Below the pieces are notes generated by a model. That model saw only the letters and a list, made by a program, of their open reading frames with translations. It did no database searches and was not told the origin of the DNA. The translations under genes and the position numbers were made by a program. From positions 3,947,665 through 4,011,664 of the forward strand of contig OZ253480.1 in assembly GCA_965261895.1 (NCBI GenBank): a DNA stretch of 64,000 nucleotides, in the 5' to 3' direction. The stretch comes from an uncultured Candidatus Binatia bacterium (GTDB taxonomy: Bacteria; Desulfobacterota; Binatia; UBA9968; JAJDTQ01). Below, one piece after another: positions 9,942 to 17,759 of the stretch; within the stretch, counting starts at the first letter, position 1, and each line of letters starts with the position of its first letter.

Positions 9942-11528
9942 ATGACTGGCAAGCTTCCCATCAACCTTCACGATCTGCTGCGCCAGCGGACCATCGAGGG
10001 CGAGCGCGTCGAGTACAAAGCCGGTTGGAATCCGAAGGCCGTGCTGCACGCCATCTGCGCCTTCGCCAACGACTTCCACAATCTGGGCGGCGGTTACGTG
10101 GTACTGGGAGTCGAGGAACAAAACGGCCGTCCAGTCTTGCCGCCCATGGGCATCAATCCCGATTCGGTTGACGCGATACAGAGAGAACTGCTGAATCTTG
10201 GACACTCGGCCATACAACCTCACTACCACCCGCTTACAGCCACTTATGAAGTCAATGGCCGGACAATCCTCGTATTGTGGGCGCCCGGCGGCGAAACCCG
10301 ACCCTACAAGGCCAGACTCAGCCTGACGCCGAAACGGCAAGAGTGGGGCTATTTCAACCGCAAGCACAGCAGCACCGTCCGCGCCAAGGGCCAAGACGAG
10401 CGCGAGCTGCTAAGCCTGACCGCCACCGTGCCCTTTGATGATCGATATCGCCAAACGGCTTCACTGGATGACCTGTCCCATCGGCTCATCCGGGAGTTTC
10501 TGCGGGATATTGGCAGCGACCTCGCTTCTGAAGCAGCCGATCTATCGGTGGCGGCCCTTGGTCAGCGTATGAATATCGTCGGCGGACCGCCCGAGGCAGT
10601 GTTTCCCAAGAACGTCGGCTTGCTGTTCTTCAACGACCGCCCGCACGACTTCTTCCCCGCAACCCAGATCGACGTAGTGTGGTTCCCGGACGGCCCGGGT
10701 GGGGACCAATTCGAGGAAAAGGAATTCCGCGGTCCTCTGTCGGTCATCCTCAGCGAGGCGATCAGCTACATTGAGCGGAACTACCTGAAGGAAACAATCG
10801 TCAAGCATCCTCACAAGCCGGAAGCTGAGCGATTCTGGAACTTTCCCATCGGCGCAATCGAGGAGGCGCTGGTCAATGCCGTCTACCATCGCTCTTACGA
10901 GGAGCGGGAGCCAGTGGAGGTGCGCATCACGCCTGACGAGTTGGTGGTCTTGAGCTTCCCCGGCGCCGACCGATCCATCCGCATGGAAGACTTCAAGAAA
11001 GGGTAAGCCGTCAGCCGCCGCTACCGCAATCGCCGAATTGGAGAGTTTCTCAAGGAGCTAGAACTGGCCGAAGGCAGGTCAACTGGGGTACCCAAGATTC
11101 TGCGGGCCATGCGGCAAAACGGCTCCCCGGCCCCGATCTTCGAGAGCGACGAAGATCGCACCTGGTTTCTGGTCCGTCTGCCGGTGCATGAACGGGCGCG
11201 CCCGGAGCCATCCGGGCAAGATACCCAGCAAGACACCGAACATGACACCGGGCAAGTCACCGGGCAAGATACCGGGCAAGTCACCGATCATGTCGAGCAA
11301 CTGGTGGCGGCCCTCACCGGAGAGATGAGCCGCGCTGAATTGCAGGCGGCGTTGAGCTTGACTCACCGGGACTACTTCACCGCGACGTATCTGCGACCCG
11401 CCCTCGAAGCCGGCCTGATTGAAATGACGCTCCCCGACAAACCAACCAGCCGAAACCAGCGTTATCGGCGCACCGCGGCCGGCGAAGCCCTGGCGCGACA
11501 AGCCAAGACGAAGGACTCCTCCGCATGA
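9942..11528 (+). pseudogene. AlbA_2 (Schlafen-like) + HATPase_c_4 'RecG-like' putative regulator commonly found in type I RM operons, interrupted by an in-frame TAA at 11004-11006
   Basis: The N-terminal part (9942-11006) starts MTGKLPINLHDLLRQRTIEGERVEYK. After TAA the same frame continues (AVSRRYRNRRIGEFLKELELAEGRSTGVPKILRAMRQNGSPAPIFESD...) to 11528, which is the canonical C-terminal portion of this family. A QDT/GQVT low-complexity repeat lies at ~11217-11290. Confidence 0.6.
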
Positions 11529-13018
11529 ACACCGCCCCCATCGTCTCCAAAGTCTGGAGCTTCTGTACCACCCTGCGCGACGACGGGGTGGGCTACGGCG
11601 ACTACCTGGAACAGCTTACCTATCTGATCTTCCTCAAGATGGCTGACGAGTACGGGAAGCCGCCGCGCAATCGTGATGTGGGCATCCCAGCCGAGTACAA
11701 CTGGCCGAGCCTGAGGTCGAAGCGGGGCGCGGAACTGGAAAACCACTACGTCACGCTGCTTCGTGAGCTTGGCGCCAAGAACGGCATGCTGGGCCAGATC
11801 TTCACCAAGGCCCAGAACAAGATCCAGGATCCGGCGAAGCTGTATCGCCTGATCGATATGGTGGACAATACCGAGTGGGTCACCATGGACGCCGACATCA
11901 AGGGCGACATCTATGAGGGCCTGCTGGAGAGGAATGCCGAGGACACGAAGTCGGGCGCGGGGCAGTATTTCACGCCGCGCGCCCTGATCCGCGCCATGGT
12001 GGAATGCGTTCGGCCCGAGCCAAGCAGGCTGATCGCCGACCCCGCCTGCGGCACGGGCGGGTTCTTCCTGGCGGCCTACGACTTCCTCACCAACCAGGAC
12101 AACTTCAACCTCGACCAGCGGCAGAAGGCATTTCTGAAGCACGAGGCCTTTCACGGTAACGAGATCGTGGCCAACACCCGTCGCCTCTGTCTGATGAACA
12201 TGTTCCTTCACAACATCGGCGAGATCGACGGTGGCGCGCCAATATCGCCCAATGACTCGCTCGTGGCCGATGCCGGACAGCGCTTCGACTACGTGTTCGC
12301 GAACCCTCCTTTCGGCAAGAAGAGCTCCATGAGTTTCACCAATGAGGAGGGCGGGCAGGAGACGGACGATCTGACCTACAACCGGCAGGATTTCTGGGCC
12401 ACTACCTCAAACAAGCAGCTCAATTTCGTGCAGCACATTCGGACCATGCTCAAGAGCGACGGCCGCGCCGCGGTCGTGGTGCCGGACAACGTGCTGTTCG
12501 AGGGCGGCGCCGGCGAGACCATCCGGAAGAAGCTGCTGGACAACACCGACCTCCACACCATCCTGCGCCTTCCCACCGGCGTGTTCTACGCCCAAGGGGT
12601 CAAAGCCAACGTGATCTTCTTCGACAATCGCGAAGCCAGCCCCGACCCGTGGACGAAACAGGTCTGGTACTACGACTACCGCACCAACATTCACCACACG
12701 CTCAAGAAGAAGCCCATGCGCTACGAGGACCTGCTGGATTTCGTCAAGTGCTACAACCCGCGGAACCGGCATCAGCGCAAGGCCGCCTGGGATGAGAACG
12801 ACGCCCCCGAGGGCCGTTGGCGCAGCTACAGCTATGAGGAGCTCAGGGCCCGCGACAAGACCAGCCTCGACGTCTTCTGGCTCAAAGACAAGAGTCTGAC
12901 CGACCTGGACAACCTGCCGGAACCCGACGATCTCGCCGAAGAGATCATCGAGAACCTCGAAGCGGGCCTTAACAGTTTCCGCGAGGTGCTCGCCGGCTTG
13001 CGGCAGGCAGGTAGTTGA
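11525..13018 (+). CDS. hsdM: Type I RM N6-adenine DNA methyltransferase subunit (HsdM)
   Basis: 497 aa with the SAM motif DPACGTGGF and the catalytic motif IV FANPPFG. Its start overlaps the stop of the preceding gene fragment. Confidence 0.85.
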   Translation: MNTAPIVSKVWSFCTTLRDDGVGYGDYLEQLTYLIFLKMADEYGKPPRNRDVGIPAEYNWPSLRSKRGAELENHYVTLLRELGAKNGMLGQIFTKAQNKIQDPAKLYRLIDMVDNTEWVTMDADIKGDIYEGLLERNAEDTKSGAGQYFTPRALIRAMVECVRPEPSRLIADPACGTGGFFLAAYDFLTNQDNFNLDQRQKAFLKHEAFHGNEIVANTRRLCLMNMFLHNIGEIDGGAPISPNDSLVADAGQRFDYVFANPPFGKKSSMSFTNEEGGQETDDLTYNRQDFWATTSNKQLNFVQHIRTMLKSDGRAAVVVPDNVLFEGGAGETIRKKLLDNTDLHTILRLPTGVFYAQGVKANVIFFDNREASPDPWTKQVWYYDYRTNIHHTLKKKPMRYEDLLDFVKCYNPRNRHQRKAAWDENDAPEGRWRSYSYEELRARDKTSLDVFWLKDKSLTDLDNLPEPDDLAEEIIENLEAGLNSFREVLAGLRQAGS

Positions 13019-13070
13019 GTGTGCGAACCGCCTGGTCGTGTAGACTCGGCGTCCAAAGAAAGGACTAACG

Positions 13071-14231
13071 ATGACGTGGTTCGATTGGCGAAGGCGGGCG
13101 CGGCATCCTGTGGGGCAAAAGTGGCGCATTGATGAGCAGGAGTTTGGGGTTATCGACTTGGGTCGCGATATGAGCCGTGATCTGAGGAGCCATATCGACA
13201 AGGTAGTAGGCATACGCGGCAAGCCCTTCGAGACCGGAGGTGTCTTGAGTCCGGCATTCTTCCCGATCGCAGGTGCTGGTGCGGGGATGGCATCCTCCCT
13301 TTTTGCCGGCAACGTGTTTTTGGCAACCGCCAACAATCCCGCCACCCTGATGCAAATCGGCGCGGGTGTTGGGTCTGCGGTTATGGGACCGACCGGGGTG
13401 ATTGCGCACGCCCCGTTTATTGCAGCGGGTGGCGCCATAATCCCAGTGGTTGCACCGGTTCTGCTCTTCACTGCGGTAGCGGCGATGGCGATATGTGCCC
13501 GTTTGGATCGGCTTCAAGTCTCCCTGGAGCGAATTGAAAGCTTGGTCAAGCAGTTGTTGGCACAAGAACTCGCCGAAGACAGCGCCCTCCTCGTCAGTGC
13601 GATGCAACGCCTTGAAGACATCTCCGCAGAGTTCGAAGGATGCGGACGGTTTACCGAAGAAATGAAGATTCGGTTGGCGTTGGCCGAACGGGATCTCAAC
13701 GTACTGCACCACAAATACGAAATCCTTTCGGGATTGGAAGTTGACGATCAAACTGGCGCCGAGCTTGGGGTGCTCCGCACCAAACTCTTTGCCATGTCGA
13801 GCATTGCAGATATCAGGGTGGACCGCCTCCGGTTCAAACTGGCTCTCCAGGACAATCCGGAGTATTTCGATAGACGGTTTTCCATGATGATTTCGAAGAT
13901 CGCCCTGTATGAAGCCTCATTCGGATATCTCGCGGAGACCACCCCGTTGAAACAACGCCAGGATGAGTTGCAGACAGCCGTCGACGACATGGGTTTCTTG
14001 ATGAAGAACGTCTTCGCAAGGCAAAAATTCAAGAAGACGATAGCCGAGATTGAGGCGACTGCTGAAAAGGTGAAACAAATCCAAGAGATCCTGAGTTCAC
14101 CTGTTGACCCTAAGTCAGACGACAGTTCGGAACAGCAGCATTTCGTTTACTACCGTGAGCAGAACGGCAAGGGAGACTTGAAGGCGTACTATACCGCTGA
14201 CTTGAAGCTCGTGGCGCAGGAGGCAGCCTGA
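13071..14231 (+). CDS. Uncharacterised protein: Gly/Ala-rich predicted 2-TM N-terminal region plus a long C-terminal coiled coil, encoded directly downstream of hsdM
   Basis: 386 aa. The hydrophobic glycine-zipper-like segments are AGAGAGMASSLFAGNVFLATANN and GAIIPVVAPVLLFTAVAAMAICARL, followed by heptad-rich helices. No family was recognised by eye. GC is lower than in neighbouring genes. Confidence 0.5.
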   Translation: MTWFDWRRRARHPVGQKWRIDEQEFGVIDLGRDMSRDLRSHIDKVVGIRGKPFETGGVLSPAFFPIAGAGAGMASSLFAGNVFLATANNPATLMQIGAGVGSAVMGPTGVIAHAPFIAAGGAIIPVVAPVLLFTAVAAMAICARLDRLQVSLERIESLVKQLLAQELAEDSALLVSAMQRLEDISAEFEGCGRFTEEMKIRLALAERDLNVLHHKYEILSGLEVDDQTGAELGVLRTKLFAMSSIADIRVDRLRFKLALQDNPEYFDRRFSMMISKIALYEASFGYLAETTPLKQRQDELQTAVDDMGFLMKNVFARQKFKKTIAEIEATAEKVKQIQEILSSPVDPKSDDSSEQQHFVYYREQNGKGDLKAYYTADLKLVAQEAA

Positions 14232-14266
14232 AGGGTTCGCTTAAGGCACAAGAGGAGGCAATCACC

Positions 14267-14543
14267 GTGGAGAAAACAACTGAACGCCGAAGAACGGGAG
14301 ATTCTGGAGCATTTCGAGCGGGGCGAGTTGACGGCTGCATCCCAAGCTCAGCGTGAGATGGAGACGGCACAGCATGCGGCCTGCAACACGTTCAACAAGA
14401 CCCGGAGAGTCAACCTGCGGGTCACCGAGCGCGACTTCAACCTCGCGCACGCGCGTGCGCGCTAGGAGGGTATCCCGTACCAGACGCTGTTATCGAGCGT
14501 CATTCACAAGTACCTTTCCGGACGGCTGACCGAGAACAGGTAA
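14267..14543 (+). pseudogene. BrnA/CopG-family antitoxin remnant (COG3514-like), carrying a frameshift and an in-frame amber codon
   Basis: The family signature ...NKTRRVNLRVTERDFNLAHARAR*EGIPYQTLLSSVIHKYLSGRLTE is present. A TAG at 14463-14465 replaces the usual Glu codon (GAG). The N-terminal KQLNAEEREILEHFERGEL is in frame only if one A is removed from the A4 run just after the GTG at 14267. No BrnT-like toxin gene lies upstream. Confidence 0.5.
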
Positions 14544-14644
14544 CAAGCCTCCCATCGTGCAGGATTGGCAGCAGGAAGTCGGCAGCGCGTCATCGCCGAC
14601 GCTATAACCAGCCTTTCCTCCAGAATGAACCCCCCGGCAACCAT

Positions 14645-14770
14645 TCTCGTCACCGGGCCACCGGCTACATCGGCGGCAGACTGGCTCCCCGTCCGCTCGA
14701 AGAAGGCTATCGCGTACGTGTTCTGGCCCCGCAGCGCGGCACGGGTGCGCTCACGTTCTTTTCCGGTTAA
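14645..14770 (+). repeat. Truncated, frameshifted copy A of the promoter-proximal 5' end of the SDR/epimerase gene found intact at 30650
   Basis: ctcgtcaccgg-gccaccggctacatcggcggc...gttctggccccgcagcgcggcacgggtgcgctcacgttcttttccggttaa aligns with 30701-30808 and with copy B. It would encode ILVTG(A)TGYIGG...VRVLARSAARVRSRS. Confidence 0.7.
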
Positions 14771-15035
14771 TCTAACCCTACTCCTAAACCCGTTGCAGCA
14801 CCTGTGTTATTGCCCCTCACCTTCACGCTTTGCGACCCGCGTAACTTACAAGTTTTTGGGCTCTTATGCAGGGGTATGGTAAAGATAGGCTAAGATTGCC
14901 GGCGTCTTCTCGGGCAGCGATGAATCTGGAACTCCAGCGCCTGCGGATCGGTCGCGGTGCAGCACGCGTAAGATTGTTGACCGAAAGACCTGTAAAGAAG
15001 CACACTGGATCCGGCTGAACGGAAGGAGATAGAGC

Positions 15036-15266
15036 ATGAAAAGGTTTCCTCGTATCACTCTCGATCCTGATGTCATGGCCGGCAAGGCATGCATTCGGGG
15101 ACTACGGGTAACGGTTGGAACTGTCGTGGGGCTTCTGGCAGCCGGTCGGTCAGCCGAGGAAATCCTGAGCGCCTACCCTTACCTTGAACGAGAAGATATC
15201 GACCAATCCCTGGCCTACGCCGCCTGGCGGCTGGAAGAACGCGAGGTTCCTCTTTCCGTCTCATGA
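15036..15266 (+). CDS. DUF433-family protein (antitoxin-like partner)
   Basis: 76 aa with the DUF433 signature (ITLDPDVMAGKACIRGLRVTVGTVVGLLAAGRSAEEILSAYPYLEREDI). It overlaps the downstream gene by 4 bp. Confidence 0.65.
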   Translation: MKRFPRITLDPDVMAGKACIRGLRVTVGTVVGLLAAGRSAEEILSAYPYLEREDIDQSLAYAAWRLEEREVPLSVS

Positions 15267-15631
15267 CCGTGAAGCTCCTGGTCGACATGAATCTGTCGCC
15301 TGACTGGGTGCCAGTGCTGAAGAGCCACGGATGGTCAGTAGTCCATTGGTCAACGGTAGGCGACCCACGGGCCAGTGACCGGACCATCATGGAGTGGGCT
15401 GCGAAGCACGAGTACGTTGTGTTGACCCACGATCTGGATTTCAGCGCAATGCTGGCACTGTCCCACGCGGCCGGCCCAAGTGTCCTTCAGGTCAGGGCCG
15501 GAGATATATTACCAGATCATCTCGAAGGTTCGGTCATCGCTGCCCTCCGGCAGAACGATGCCGACTTATCGTCGGGAGCGCTGGTCGTAGTGGACATAAA
15601 CAGAAGTCGGGTTCGCATACTACCGCTATGA
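15263..15631 (+). CDS. DUF5615-family (PIN-like) protein, partner of DUF433
   Basis: 122 aa beginning MTVKLLVDMNLSPDWV...VLTHDLDF. The DUF433-DUF5615 pair is a recurring predicted TA module. Confidence 0.65.
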   Translation: MTVKLLVDMNLSPDWVPVLKSHGWSVVHWSTVGDPRASDRTIMEWAAKHEYVVLTHDLDFSAMLALSHAAGPSVLQVRAGDILPDHLEGSVIAALRQNDADLSSGALVVVDINRSRVRILPL

Positions 15632-15671
15632 GCAAATCGAGGAAGAAAGAGGCCATAGGTACTGGTGTGGA

Positions 15672-15796
15672 CTCGTCACCGGCGCCACCGGCTACATCGG
15701 CGGCGGACTGGTTCCCCGCCTGCGGGAAGAAGGCCGTCGCGTGCGTGTTCTGGCCCGCAGCGCGGCGCGGGTTCGCTCACGTTCTATTCCGGTTAA
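15672..15796 (+). repeat. Truncated copy B of the SDR/epimerase 5' end (including ~25 bp of its upstream region)
   Basis: ctcgtcaccggcgccaccggctacatcggcggcggactggttccccgcctgcgggaagaaggccgtcgcgtgcgtgttctggcccgcagcgcggcgcgggttcgctcacgttctattccggttaa. Upstream similarity (aggaagaaagaggccataggta vs gaaagaaggaaaggcgataggta at ~30633) extends the homology. Confidence 0.7.
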
Positions 15797-15800
15797 AGCA

Positions 15801-15840
15801 AGACCCCGAGGGAAATCCCCCGGGGTCTTGTCGTTTCTGC
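15801..15840 (+). terminator. Intrinsic-terminator-like hairpin followed by a T-rich tract
   Basis: The sequence agaccccgagggaaatcccccggggtct forms an inverted repeat and is followed by tgtcgtttctg. Confidence 0.4.
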
Positions 15841-15861
15841 GTTGTGGAACGGGTTCCTCTT

Positions 15862-16293
15862 TTAGGATGCGTCAGGCCAAACGAAGTCGGGGCGAAGCCC
15901 TTCACAGACCGGGCGGCCGTCGTTCGGTGCCGGGGCACCGCCGGCCGGATCGTAGAAGGCATGATAGGTCGCCGGCATGCTGTCCGGGTCATGGCCCATC
16001 AGGTTCGGCACGATCGCGCGAATGCGGTGTTGTTTGTCATCGAGCATGATGGGTGTGCCACAGGTCGCGCAGGTGCAGAGTTCCAGGGGACCATCCGGGT
16101 TTTGATCGTTGAATGGCTGGCGTTTCAAGCCATCGGGGTTATCGACGGCGAGATCACCGTGAGCGAAAAACGCGACATGGGTCGTGTCTTGTCCCGTAAC
16201 GCGCTTGCAGACGGAGCAGTGACAGGTGTGGTTGTCGATCGGATCGTTGTCCGAGTGAGTGTGTATGTGGTCGCACCCTCCAGAATAAGACAT
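15862..16293 (-). CDS. GFA-family (glutathione-dependent formaldehyde-activating/CENP-V-like) Cys-rich zinc protein
   Basis: The start MSYSGGCDH is preceded by AGGAGG. Cys ligand pattern: CHCSVCKR...CTCATCGTP. Confidence 0.6.
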   Translation of the reverse strand: MSYSGGCDHIHTHSDNDPIDNHTCHCSVCKRVTGQDTTHVAFFAHGDLAVDNPDGLKRQPFNDQNPDGPLELCTCATCGTPIMLDDKQHRIRAIVPNLMGHDPDSMPATYHAFYDPAGGAPAPNDGRPVCEGLRPDFVWPDAS

Positions 16294-16447
16294 GTTTTCC
16301 TCCTTGGTTGTGCCCAACAGCCTCGCCCACGATGAGCCCCCTTGCCGTGGGCATGCTATCCGTCAAAATCGCATTCTATCCCAGGCAGTGCTTTTGATGC
16401 AATCAACCAGATGTTTGTGGCGGTCTTGCGGTCTTGAAAGCGAGAAA

Positions 16448-16480
16448 ATCATATGATAAGATTAAATAGAATCATATGAT
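16448..16480. promoter_or_regulatory. Two ATCATATGAT palindromic operator repeats upstream of and overlapping the start of the second Xre-like antitoxin
   Basis: aaATCATATGATaag at 16448-16457 and gaATCATATGATatg at 16471-16480. This is the same core as the 2304-2321 palindrome upstream of copy 1. Confidence 0.5.
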
Positions 16481-16916
16481 ATGGCGTGAGACCTGGAGAA
16501 TGGCGCGTCCATTTCGAGACAGTCGCGGCGAAAGACTTCTCAGGCCCCTCGGGGACCGCGACAGGATCGCGGTTGTCGTAAAGGCCGTGGTGCGCGCGGC
16601 TGATGCATGGGGTTTGACCAATATCGAGGGCGCGGCCCTGTTCGACGTGCCCACGGCCACCTGGAGCCGCATGAAGGCCGGCAGCTACAGGGGCACACTC
16701 GATCAGGACAAGGTGACACGGGCAAGTCTGATAATCGGGTTGTTCAACGGGCTCGCGTCACTCTTCAACGGCCCGCTGGCCCATGGCTGGCCCAACGTTC
16801 CCAACACCGGCCCCGTTTTCGACGGCAGGACGCCGGTCCAGGTCATGTGCGAAGGCGGCATCCCCGCCATGATGACGGTACGACAGCACATCGATGCGCT
16901 GAGAGGCGGGGCATGA
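16476..16916 (+). CDS. Xre/MbcA/ParS-like antitoxin (DUF2384), second diverged copy
   Basis: 146 aa, highly similar to 2358-2774 at ~85-90% nucleotide identity by eye. The ATGA overlaps the toxin start. Confidence 0.7.
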   Translation: MIWRETWRMARPFRDSRGERLLRPLGDRDRIAVVVKAVVRAADAWGLTNIEGAALFDVPTATWSRMKAGSYRGTLDQDKVTRASLIIGLFNGLASLFNGPLAHGWPNVPNTGPVFDGRTPVQVMCEGGIPAMMTVRQHIDALRGGA

Positions 16917-17626
16917 TCCGCGTCGCGGACCTCCCGGTCCGTGAAGTCGTCGAGCCGGCGGCGGTCAGGTTGGTCACAGCCGGCTACCTGGACAAGCCGG
17001 CAATGGCGCTGCTCGCGGATGACCCGTCTGAATTCGCAATTCTGGAAGAGATCGAAGGGCTCACATCGGCCCGGGCGCCTTCATCGCCCACGGTCCCGTC
17101 CGGTATCCAACCGGGGGAATTGCTGACGGAAGCGGACGGGTACGGCTGGGCCTCCGTGAACGCCGCGTTCTGCCACACGCGCCCCACGGGCAACCGGTTC
17201 AACGGCCCGGAACGCGGAGCCTGGTATGCGTCCTATGGGAACAGGGTGACCGACACGGCGAAGGCCGAGGTCGCGTGGCATCTCACGCGGGAGCTTCGCG
17301 CCACCGGAATCTACGAGAACATCACGACATACAGGGAACTCCTGGCCGGCTTCATGACCCGCTTTCATGATCTCGGCGAGAGGACGGATGACGTGGTCTA
17401 CAGCGGAGATCCTGAGGTGGCCCATCCCGCCGGACAGGCGCTGGCCCGGGACATCCTGGCAGGCGGCGGAAACGGGGTGCTTTACCCGTCCGCGCGGCAT
17501 GAAGGCGGGAGGTGTCTGGCGGCGTTACGGCCCAATCTTGTGCAGAACATCCGCGAGGGTGAGATGTGGGTGTTCAGATGGGCGGGGTCGGCGGAGGTGG
17601 AGATCTCTAGAGGAGCGGCATCGTGA
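16913..17626 (+). CDS. RES-domain toxin, second diverged copy
   Basis: 237 aa from MIRVADLPVRE, near-identical in motifs to 2771-3484. Confidence 0.75.
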   Translation: MIRVADLPVREVVEPAAVRLVTAGYLDKPAMALLADDPSEFAILEEIEGLTSARAPSSPTVPSGIQPGELLTEADGYGWASVNAAFCHTRPTGNRFNGPERGAWYASYGNRVTDTAKAEVAWHLTRELRATGIYENITTYRELLAGFMTRFHDLGERTDDVVYSGDPEVAHPAGQALARDILAGGGNGVLYPSARHEGGRCLAALRPNLVQNIREGEMWVFRWAGSAEVEISRGAAS

Positions 17627-17759
17627 CCTCGTGAGAATGGGAGTTTCAAGGAAGGCGTTCATGCGCAGTAGCAGCATTCAATCTTTTGCCCACACACAAA
17701 CAAGGGTTGTTTCTCGATGCAAGAAAACTTGTGCCACAACAAGAAGTCTTGTAACGTAG

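Noticed and set aside
14565-14882. 105-aa ORF
   Set aside because: It is built from the frameshifted epimerase 5' fragment (copy A) plus intergenic sequence, so it is not an independent gene.
15394-16335. 313-aa plus-strand ORF spanning the epimerase-fragment copy B and the GFA gene
   Set aside because: It overlaps the better-supported minus-strand GFA gene, which has an RBS and a Cys-ligand pattern, and reads through the repeat fragment. It is a composite artefact.
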